Source of the DNA: Macrostomum lignano | Taxonomy: Eukaryota | Assembly (NCBI GenBank): GCA_002269645.1 | Contig: NIVC01000083.1 | Coordinates: forward strand, 310,001-374,000 | Direction of reading: 5' to 3' | Length of the DNA stretch: 64,000 nt | Shown here: one piece after another, positions 23,405 to 33,734 of the stretch | Position numbering within the stretch: position 1 is the stretch's first letter | Layout: every line of letters begins with the position of its first letter | Translations under genes and position numbers: made by a program | Notes under the pieces: model-generated | What the model was told of the DNA's origin: nothing | Seen by the model: only the letters and a program-made list of their open reading frames with translations | The model's database searches: none

Positions 23405-25710
23405 GGTAAAATACTCTTTGAACGAGATGACCACACTACCTTTTGTCTTGTGTAAATGTTGGTTGCAGTCAGACATCCCAAAATTATATTATTTGCCAGT
23501 GTCTGGACTCTGAATTTAATTATAAATTAAATTATGATTACGATTATAAATTTTGCTGCCGCTTCATTGGTACTGTAGAATAAAATTTCTTCAGATTTTT
23601 TATCGCTTCCTTTCCCCAAAAATAATATTTTTATGAGGCTTAGGTTTTTGGTTCTTTAAATCTAATTAGTAATTTATGATTATAAAACCAATGCCAATGG
23701 GCATGGCTTCGATAGCCGAACTTAAATGAAATTAGCTTTTTTACTTTAAACTCCACTCCAAAGACTTGCAGCTGTGGAGAAAACTTCAGGGACAAATGTC
23801 GATCATTCAGCTGTTATCTATTTCTATTAAGTCGAGTGTAATAACTTTTTGCATATTTATTTTTAGATGAATCGACAAAGTCTAACAAATGTTAATGTCA
23901 AATCTATTATGCATATTAAATGGTTGGTATATTATTTATTCTAATCTCCCCCTCCCATCAGGAGCACGGAGTTAGAGAACTTCTGCTCGCGAACGTCTGC
24001 CGGGCCTGGGTGGCGTTTTTGATGCTCCCCGGGCCGCCTTAGTTGACAGCGCGGAGTTGTTGACAGAGGGCAGCGGCCTGGGGGAATCAAAACAGCCCCC
24101 TGTCACCCATGTTAGCGGACAGTCGTTTGCTGCCAGAAGATCGGGCAGTCAGCAGCAGCAGCAGCAGCGAGATGAGACTGTGGAGACCAGACCAGAAGAC
24201 CAGAAGAAGCAGAATAAGTTGGCTCATTTCGTCATCGGCAACGACAATTTCGGTTACAACGATGTTGGAGACTATTACGAAAATGAGAACACCTTCGATG
24301 ATGACGATTGGGAAGCTGCAGAGTCGGCGGTTGAGCAGCAAAGCAGCAACCAACAGCCTACTCTGCCTTACAATCTAGTTAGCGACGGTCCGGACGGCTC
24401 CGGCCGAGCCATGGTGCTCCACCTTGGCGAGACTGAGCTGATTGGCGAAAGTCTCAAGCGAGAACTGACCGATATGTTGGAGTTTGCCGAAGAAGAACTG
24501 GAATGCCGACGCGTGCTGCTTGGCATTAGCCGGCGGAGGCAGGACAAAGGTGAGCGGAGCGAATAGTACACTATTAATTTCACAATACTGTTGATCAGCT
24601 TACAGTTTTTTCAATTGACGCTGATTAAACGCACTAAAATTTTGGTTGAACATCCGTCTGAGGCTTGTTGCTAGGCGGCTATCTAAGATTGGTTGCTAAA
24701 TCTCTGAGCTCTTCTACGATGGTCACTGATCACATTTTCTAAGACGGTCGCTGAGCAGCCCTTTAAGATGATCGCTGAGCAGCCCTCTAAGATGATCGCT
24801 GAGCAGCCCTCTAAGATGGTCGCTGAGCAGCCCTCTAAGATGGTCGCTGAGCAGCCCTCTAAGATGATCGCTGAGCAGCCCTCTAAGATGATCGCTGAGC
24901 AGCCCTCTAAGATGGTCGCTGAGCAGCCCTCTAAGATGGTCGCTGAGCAGCCCTCTAAGATGGTCGCTGAGCAGCCCTCAAAGATGGTCGCTGAGCAGCC
25001 CTCTAAGATGATCGCTGAGCAGCCCTCTAAGATGATCGCTGAGCAGCCCTCTAAGATGATCGCTGAGTAGCCCTCTAAGATGATTGCTGAGCAGCCCTCT
25101 AAGATGATCACTGAGCAGCCCTCTAAGATGATCGCTGAGCAGCCCTCTAAGATGGTCGCTGAGCAGCCCTCTAAGATGATCGCTGAGCAGCCCTCTAAGA
25201 TGATCGCTGAGCAGCCCTCTAAGATGATCGCTGAGTAGCCCTCTAAGATGGTCGCTGAGCAGCCCTCTAAGATGATCGCTGAGCAGCCCTCTAAGATGAT
25301 CGCTGAGCAGCCCTCTAAGATGATCGCTGAGCAGCCCTCTAAGATGATCGCTGAGCAGCCCTCTAAGATGATCGCTGAGCAGCCCTCAAAGATGGCCGCT
25401 GAGCAGCCCTCTAAGATGATCGCTGAGCAGCCCTCTAAGATGGTCGCTGAGCAGCCCTCAAAGGTGGTCGCTGAGCAGCCCTCAAAGATGGTCGCTGAAC
25501 AATTCTTATTTAATTACCAAACTCATTTATTTACGAATTCCAATTTTGTTGCTAAAATTGTCTGCACATTTAACTTTCTCAGACACCCTGATGAGGACGT
25601 TGCCTTTTCTTGGCTTTGCCTGCTACGAGCCTCGCTCCGGTTGCGCTGACCATCTGACCTGTCTGGACACAGACGGCTTCGCTTACATGGCCTACGCCAT
25701 TTCCGATTGA
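23386..25710 (+). CDS. OAZ: Ornithine decarboxylase antizyme; needs a +1 programmed ribosomal frameshift
   Basis: Exons 23386-23405 (ATG..AG|gtaaaa), 23962-24549 and 25583-25710. ORF1 is MAKLSLRSTELENFCSRTSAGPGWRF*, ending TTT TGA (24017-22). The +1 frame continues DAPRAALVD...SLKRELTDMLEFAEEELECRRVLLGISRRRQDKDTLMRTLPFLGFACYEP...FAYMAYAISD*. The GP-W-x-stop-DAP context and the LEFAEE...FLGF...MAY motifs are the antizyme signature. Confidence 0.93.
24014..24085 (+). promoter_or_regulatory. +1 frameshift cassette: UUU-UGA-U shift site plus extended 3' hairpin
   Basis: Shift site at 24017-24023. Outer stem 24026-37 pairs with 24073-85 (one bulge, one G-U). Inner stem GTTGACAGC 24042-50 pairs with GTTGTTGAC 24056-64 around loop GCGGA. 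Confidence 0.8.
24744..25500. repeat. 21-bp tandem repeat (GATCGCTGAGCAGCCCTCTAA) in antizyme last intron
   Basis: Highly homogeneous units; produces the artefactual MIAEQPSK ORFs. Confidence 0.96.
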
Positions 25711-27224
25711 TTTTGCTGAACATCCCGCTCGCAGAAGACTGAATAAAGAACGAATAGAAGTTTGGCTATAAGAGTGTGAGGAAAAAATCGCCATGTTTTG
25801 GTTAGAATTTTTCTTTAATTGTGTGTTGTGCTCTGTAGTGTCCGACTAAATATTTAACATTTTCCTCTCTCATCCCTTTTTATTTCTATTTATGCATCTT
25901 TTATAGAGTAAGAGCGTAAATTTATTTTTTCAAAGTGCGTTTAACTTAAAAAATCAATAATCAACAAAACTTAGCGAATACGAAGTAAAACAAACAACGA
26001 TTAAAACAAAACATTTCTACTCAAAAAATTAAACTGTACGTTTCTTTTTGCGTTTAATTTTAACTTATACATTTAACATTTTTTCACTTTGTAGGTACGC
26101 GCTGTGTATTATGTTGTATTTTTGCTTTAACTTGCAACAACCCAGAGGGTGGGACGCGGAGCTCTCGGGCTGCTTTGATCGTTATCAGATCTGTAAAGAT
26201 ATGTGGGCGTAAAGGCTCGCTTCTCTTTACCTGTGTACTAGATTAATTAAATTTAGTTTTCAAAAGCTCCTAGTTTGCTTTAACCAGTTGTTGCAAAGAA
26301 CAAAACGCAGTTTGGGTTTTAAATATTTAAGCGAAGCATGCCGGAGTTTTATTTTAGTTTTTTACGTTACTTTTTTTTCGTTACGTTTCTATTTTTATTT
26401 AATAAAAAATTTCAAATCAATCCTTTTTTTACCTGAAGCTCTTGTTGGCCTAATTCTGCAATAATTGAATTCAGAACAAAGCGCGGTTGCGTCATCCGTT
26501 CATTCGTTTATTATATTTTTGTTTTAATTTTCATTTTATTACTTGCACATCACCTTCTGGAATTTATTTACGGAAGACGAAAATTTTTCAAGCTATTTTT
26601 CTCTGCGTCATATAGTGTAATTTCCTAAGTTTTATTATGTTAGCATAGCTGAAGTTGAAGTACACAATTGGCTCTAATTGTTGTGACGGTGTAGCGCGTC
26701 ACTTATTAATTTTAATCAATCCTTTTTAATAATATACAATTTCTGCCACGTGCTTTTGGCGATGCGTCATTGAGTTCATTCAAAATTTCTATTCGTTATC
26801 GGCAATTCTTTGCATTGTTTATTAGTGAAATCTTGCATTACGTGTATATACTCAGCAACATTTGACAGCAGTATTGACTTTTGAGTGACGCAACTTGCGC
26901 CATGCGACGCAAAGTTGGGCTGGGTGAGGAGGGATTGGGAAGAGCGAAGGGTGAAGAATGGATGGATTGAAGCTTCCGCCCGGTTTTCATTGTTTTTTCA
27001 AGCATTTTTTATATTAAAATGGTTGGCCAGTAGATTGACGCTGTCGAAAAACATGCTCACTTGGGCAAAGGGTGGCGTCTTTTCAATGTTGTTCAGAATA
27101 CAAAGACAACAACAAAATACGTTGTCAGCCAGTCAGGCGAGTCATGAGAGGCAAAGACAACGGGGTCGTACTATAAAGCTGTCGTAGCGTAAGTTCGATC
27201 GTACATCGAAACTTTTACACTGCG

Positions 27225-28600
27225 GAGATAGGAGTGTGGAGAAGACGACGCCAGTCACCTCCGCAACCTGAGAGCAGTTCTGAAGGTCTTCAAGGAGTCC
27301 AGGCTGAACTGCAAGCTTGAGAAATGCATCTTTTTCAGCGATGAAGTCATGCACGTACCTAGGCCACCGCATCGACGCCGAAGGGCTGCACCCGCTGGAC
27401 GATAAGGTTCGAGCTGTGCTGGACGCGCCTGCCCCGACTAACACGACTCAACTGCGGAGCTTCTTGGGCCTCATCAACTACTACGGCCAGTTTTTGTCCA
27501 ATCTTTCCAGTATCCTGGCCCCGCTGCACAGACTGTTGGAGAAGAACTCAAGGTGGCATTGAGATCGCAGCGAGGCGGGCGCCTTCAGCGCGGCAAAGCA
27601 GCTGCTCACGCAGCACAGCTTCTTAGTGGATTATAACGCTGCAGAAGAGCTCTACCTGGAGTGAAACGCATCGCAGTACGGGCTCGGCGCCGTTATATTC
27701 CACTATCGGGCGGCATGGACAAGCCGATCGCGTACGCTTCGCGCTGTCTCAGCTTAGCAGAAAAAAAATACTGCCAGCTGGAGAAGGAGGCCTTGGCGCT
27801 GGTTTTCAGGTCTAAAAATTCCATCACTATCTGTTTGGTCCGGAGTTCAACCTGTTGACTGACCACCCGCTGTTTCTCGGCCTTCTAGGACAAGAGCGAC
27901 CGCTTCCAGCCCTGGCTTCCGACCGAGTCCAACGATGGGCGTCGCTGCTGACCGCGTACCGGTACCGTCTTGTACATCGGAGCGGTGTCTCCATGCTCCG
28001 AGCAGACGCTTTAAACCGCCAGCTTCCTGCATCAGCGGGGCCTAAGGAAGTTCCGGTGCCTCCAGATGTCGTGCAAGTGATGGACTGCCTGGACGCCGGG
28101 CCGGTGACTTCATTAGACGTGCGCACCTGGTCACGCCGCGACTCTATACATTGACACGCGTAGTTCGGTACTGTCTCTCTGCCTGGCCGGACCGAGATTC
28201 CTGGACTTCCGATCTGGTACCCTTCGGGAAGCGGCTGCGTTCTCTGGGGTAGTCGTGTCGTCATTTCTGAAGTCGGCCAAAGCCGCTTGCTCGACTGCCT
28301 GCATGTCGGACACCCTGGAGCATCCCGGATGAAGTCGCTTGCCAGAAGCTACATATGGTGGCCTGGCCTGGATCGTGACATTAAGGCCAATAGAGCTGCC
28401 CGGACTACCAGCGAGCCGGACCAGAAGCTCCGCTGCAGCCATGGCTGCTAATAGCGCTGTCCACGTCGATTTCGCCGGTCCCGTCCAAGGTTGAATGCTG
28501 CTGCTGGTGATCGTCGACTCCTACTTAAAGTGGCTCAATGTGTATGTGACGACAGCGACGACGACTTTCGCAACAGAGGAAAAGTGTACAGAGTTTCAGC
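27225..28600 (+). mobile_element. Decayed Ty3/Gypsy pol fragment (RT end, RNase H, integrase start)
   Basis: YLGHRIDAEGLHP...LRSFLGLINYY; KPIAYASRCLSLAEKKYCQLEKEALA; TDHPLF..LQRWASLL; LHVGHPG..MKSLARSYIWWPGLDRDI; VHVDFAGP. Many stops and frameshifts; no LTR pair identified. Confidence 0.9.
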
Positions 28601-30264
28601 ACTCATCCATGGCCTACATGTGTAGAATTCATCTCGCCCTTGAAGTTTAGAACGTGTATGTGTAGGTAACTCAGTAGTTGTTACGAGCTAGAGCTACCTA
28701 CTCTAGTAGCATCTCTAAAGCTAAAACTGAAACTGTACTGTAAACAGTTACATTTTCCCCATACTGATCGACTTGGCGTTGGCCCATTTAAGCCAATCTT
28801 GTCTCTGAAGCATTTACATGTACTTGTACACGTGCAGCTCTCGTCCTTACCTGCATGTACATGTACCTCTCAGCCCGAATTTATCTCACAATTCACCTCA
28901 TTTGGTATGCCCCTGTAATGGATCCAAGCTGCTGACCATATTGCCCTATTTGAAGTTGAACGGACGCCTCTTCACTTACGAATACGCTCCAGCAATTTAT
29001 TCTGAATAGTATATTAATTTACGAGTCATCAATTAACAATGTTTTATTAGCGCTGTCTGCTCTAACGTAATGTAGCATCGGGGCCGCCCCGGGGGGAGGG
29101 TCCGTAGGCCCGTACAGTATACAGAGAAAATCTAAAGCGAACTAAATGGAAAATTCCACTCCAACTCTGATAGTGACTGGATGATATGTATTATGAGAGC
29201 GAGAGAGCGCGAGGGAGAGAAGAAAACTAAAATCAGGCGATGGAAATTTCCACGCGGCCTTCTAGAGCAGATAGGAAGGCTCGGTCGGCTGCTGCCGTTT
29301 TTATATTGCCTTGTGCCTTTAAGCCTAAGGACAGCCAGGCAAAAACCTCGTCTCTCGTTTTTTTCACTTTAATCGCTCTTACACTACATGGATAATACCA
29401 GCTGCCACAGCCAGTTAAAAGCAATTACATCCAATTTAACAGTTTTAATTAACTAGTGTGTACTGTGGGTGAAACTTAAAGTATGCTAATTCTTGTTAAA
29501 CTAGGGGCTCGCATACTTCTCGCATAAAAAAGCTCGCATGGTGCCCTCGATCTCAGCCGCTGTGGCGCCCCAATTCACCACAGTGGTGGCACCCCAGAAG
29601 TACTGTGGACCATGGCGCCCCTCGATGCTGGCGTCGCCTTAATAAATACGCGCGGCTCTCCAATAAAATATTCTTGGCTATAAACCCCTGCATGCATGAT
29701 GCATGATATGTACATATATGTGTACTTTTATCCACAGTAGCGTCAGACGATCACGGGACTTCAGAAAAAAACATTCACGAGGGATGGGAACGGGAAATTG
29801 AAACTTTCGAAGAGTGCATGAAGACTAATCTCTTCCTAAAGTGCATTGTTGATGCTGGACTGCAAGACGCCTGTGCCAAGATAATCCAATTTCCGATCTT
29901 GTCTGGTGTGGGCAACGTAAAATTCTAGGTTAGGCCCCAAGAGTTTTATTGATCCAGGGCAGCTAGGGGCCACATCCTGCAGGGAGGGCTTAGGGAGGAC
30001 GACGCCCGGCCATCCTCATTTTCTCAGTTTTCCACATCATATGGCTGCAGTCTGTAGTGAGCTACGTATGCGTGTAATTCTGCCTTGCTTCAGTCGGCTG
30101 TATACTGCGCGCTAATTAATTGTTTGCTTCTGTATTTTGCAAAGTATAAAATAATAAGAGTTGCAACAAATTCGTAACCGATTTTTTTATTTTAGATTGA
30201 ACTAAATGGTTACGAAGATTGGTTTGTAATAATTCGATCACTAATACACAACATGTTCATTGTT

Positions 30265-32760
30265 CACAACAACAACAACAAACTACAGCAACCCTGGGCA
30301 AGCCAATTAAGTTGGGTTGCTGTCAAAATGCGCGCGCAAGCGCAGATTTGCGCAGAATAGCGAGTCCGCGGGGGGTCGGAGATTTCAGCGTCTCTTAAAA
30401 GCAGGTCGACAAAACGCACACTTCTCGCCTGACAAAGCCGCCGCGGCCCTTGAAAGCCGGATGCGCAGCAGCTGGTTGGATCGAGAGAGCTGGGCCCGTC
30501 GGTATAACTCGTCATTGCTGGTGTTGGTGGTGGCGCTCGGCGAGTAGTGGACACCGAAGGCGGCTCTCAGGAGTCCAGCGTGAGCGGCGTCGAGTTGCCG
30601 CTCCTGCGGGTCGTTCAGTGTTCACGTTTCAGCGTTGTAAAGGAGGACGGTTTCAATGACGGCCTGGAACAGCCGCCCTCTTAGCCGATCCAGCAGCGCG
30701 GGGCTCTGCAGGACACTCCGCACGGTGCGGAATGCGCCCCAGGCAAGCGCCCTGCGCCGTGCCGTGTTCTCCGTGATGCTTGGCACCAGACCACCGAGGT
30801 AGACGAACTCTTTGCAGCAGGGCAGCAACGCCACCTGCCCGTTCGTGCAGCGGCAGTAGATCTCAGCTGGGAGGTCCGTCTGCACGGTCAGCACCATCGT
30901 CTTTTTGGTATTCACGGACAGTCCGATCGCAGCGGCCGCCGCCGTCAGCTGGTCTAGCAGGCGTTGAGCTCCTTCAGCTGTGCTAGACAGCAGCGCTAGA
31001 TCGTCTGCGTACGCTAGGATGGAGAGTCGCTTCTCGTGGTGCCGCCTGCTTGTTCTGCGGCGGAGCAAGAATCCTTTGGAGTCGTCAGGGAGGCCAGTGC
31101 GCAGTACCCAGTCCAGGACCAGGACGAACAGAAAAGGAGCCAAGGACCCTTGGAGAACGCCGGAAGACGTGTCGAAGAGGTCGGAAAGGCCATCCGGTGT
31201 CACAACTGCCTCTCTTCGGGCGTGTCACCCGCCAGGTTCAGAGCGTTGCGTCTCTTGCGGCTTGTCAGCTGATTGACGACCGACCAGACGGCACGCGGTT
31301 TCTTGTCGGGATCGGCGTCCGTGATCTCTTGAATAGCGGTCTCTACCGCGGCGCGTTGCCGGGCTTCAAATGTCTCCGCTAGAGTCTCCTCTTCATTCTC
31401 CGCGGGCTATCCGCTACTCCGCAGTCTCTCCACTGTCAGCCGATCCTGCCGCAACACTTCGTCATTCTGCCACACTGGCCGACTCCTTTCTGCTGGCTTC
31501 ACCAGCGGTAGAGTTTTGGTAGCGGCGGCTTGGATGGCCTGCACTGATGTCCGGATACTCGGCTGGGGTTGTTGTAACTGGCCGTTCTTCGAGCGCCTCG
31601 GCAAATGCCAGACAGAAGCGGCCACTTGTAACCGCGGGTCGCGTATGGCGCGGAAGTTTGCGTTGAAGTTTTGGCTGTTTTTTCGGTGGTCGATATAGCG
31701 GGTCCTTCAAGTGCAGGTCGCAGTAGAGCAGCCTATGGCCTGACCGCATTACCAACGGAGCCACCGTATCGCAGTTAGTCACTCGTCATCGTTATCGCTG
31801 GCGAAGCAGCACGTGGTCGAGCTGTGCGAGTGTCTTCGTAGCAAATTTTCCAGACGCTTTCCGACGTGGCCGTTTACAGCCAGAAAATTTTGCCAATCTG
31901 TGAAGCGGCTTCGTGAACAGTGTGTTTGCTGAGACCAGGTCGTGGCGGTCCATGAAATCCATTAGGGCATTAGTATTGTTGTTTTCGCGTGGCGTTACAA
32001 AGCGAGCGCGCTCAGCCTCCGAGTACCAGTACCGTGTCGCGTTGAGCGGTCTTCTCCAGCTGCGCTGACAGGAACTCCAGAAACTGCCGGTGCTCCTCAG
32101 GGCGAGCAGCCGTGGGCGCATAGGCACAGATCGAAGAGACGCATGTTACGCTTGCGAAGTCGGATGTCAACGCGCAGAAGCCGCGGCGAGAGGCTCTCAC
32201 AGCGTGTACTTTGCTGAAGCCTCGGCCCGGTAAGTATCCCCGACCTTTCGAGTCTGCTGATGTGTATTGCAGGAGCCAGCCGCCGCCTATGTGCTCCTGG
32301 TGAAGACGAAGCCCAGACTCGGCCGTGATGGAGAGCTCCTGCAGCATAATTATATCAAGTTGTAGGTCGCCTGCTAGCTGGGCCAAAAGATGTTGTCTCC
32401 ACTTTTGCTCGCAAAGTTCGGTAGGTCCAGGTAATAATTATGAGCTGTTGCTGTGCGCATTTTGGTTCGGCTGGGGTCCGGTGATTTTGAACCCTACGGT
32501 CCATGGCGCCACCCAGCAGATCCGTACCACCATTTGGCAGGGACCGGCTGCCTATGGCTCGTCGCTCGCGTCCCCGAAGACGGCCACGGCGATTTTGCTC
32601 ACGGCACCGTTCTTTGCGACGACGCTCACTTCGGCGGCCCCGCCGAGTGGATGGTGTGCCGGCCGCTCTTGGCAGCCGCAGCAGAAGCGCGGCTCTCCGT
32701 TGAGGCATTGGAACGCACCGCTAGCATGCTTGGCGGCGGCACCAGGAGGCGGCAGCGCTA
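30265..32760 (-). mobile_element. RTE-like non-LTR retrotransposon (APE plus RT), internally deleted, with (GTT)n tail
   Basis: APE motifs IITWTYRTL, DIIMLQE, CAYAPT, DLVSANT..F, QLDHVLL. RT motifs SGVLQGSLAPFLFVLVLDWVL, LAYADDLALL, GLSVNTKKT, FVYLG. (AAC)n at 30267-82 forms the 3' tail. The RT N-terminal subdomains are missing at a junction near 31205-31215. Confidence 0.88.
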
Positions 32761-33734
32761 TTTAAACGATCAGCGTTTAAATATAGACTGCAATAGACTG
32801 CAACAGACAGAATGCATGTACATGTACATATGATGCAAAATATGCAGTGAATTTCTTATTTTTTTATCGTTTTTTGGCTCTGAAGCTTATGTTTTGCTTA
32901 TTTTATTCCAGCGTACATAAGCATTTTAAAATAATAAAAAGTAATTACATGGATATAGTAAAAAAATATAAATTAAAAAATCAATCAAGTAGTGGTCGGC
33001 CGCCACCCTTCAAACAATGTCGCCAGTAGGACTTTTAATAGTAGTAGGACCAGAAAGATGGTAACAAAAGAAAGTTTAAAAACACTTTCGTTTTCTTGAA
33101 ATTTCATTTTTAAAAAATGCCCCAAGTTTCAGTGTTTCATCAGAAGCTGTTTCTATTTACGTCTTTGAAAAAAAGTCGTAAGCGGCAATTTTAAATATAT
33201 AATATTCTTCGAAAGTTGTTAAAAAGGGAGTTACGATTTACGAGCAGTAGTAGCAGAAAGTAACGAAGAGAAATTAGGCCAACCGGCCGAGTAAGTCGAA
33301 ACACAGGATTGATATCTTCTGTTTTCAGTGTCTAAGTCAATATTCTTTTGTTTTACGTATCTGGGAGTTTAAATAAATACTGGGCCCTAGCTCAACTCAG
33401 CTGTTTTGAAGTCAACAGTCTTGATTCAAGATCAAGGAGTGAAAGCGCAAACCAAGATTTAGACCAAAAATACATACCATCGCCACCCCAACGCAGACGC
33501 TGACTGTTGTCAGTTTTTTTACTGCTTTTTTTGCAGAAAAGTTCTAAATCCAAAGAAGATCCAAAATCCTAAATTTGGACTTTAAATCCAAAATATAATA
33601 CCAAAGAAACAAATCAATTTATAAAATTAAAGCTCCTCCTAATTCCATCTAAAGCAAAACATTTCCTGTTTCCCAAGGACACAAGTTACTAATCTTGTAA
33701 TCTAGTTGATTTTATCCTACTTACTTAAATTAAA

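Noticed and set aside
28621-28760. Candidate minus-strand LTR (TGTAAC...TACA) preceded by a purine tract GGGGAAAA
   Set aside because: Only ~130 bp, with no second copy or TSD in the window, and its orientation is opposite to the Gypsy pol fragment.
30264-32833. Many short GC-rich ORFs on both strands
   Set aside because: They are alternative-frame shadows of the decayed RTE-like element.
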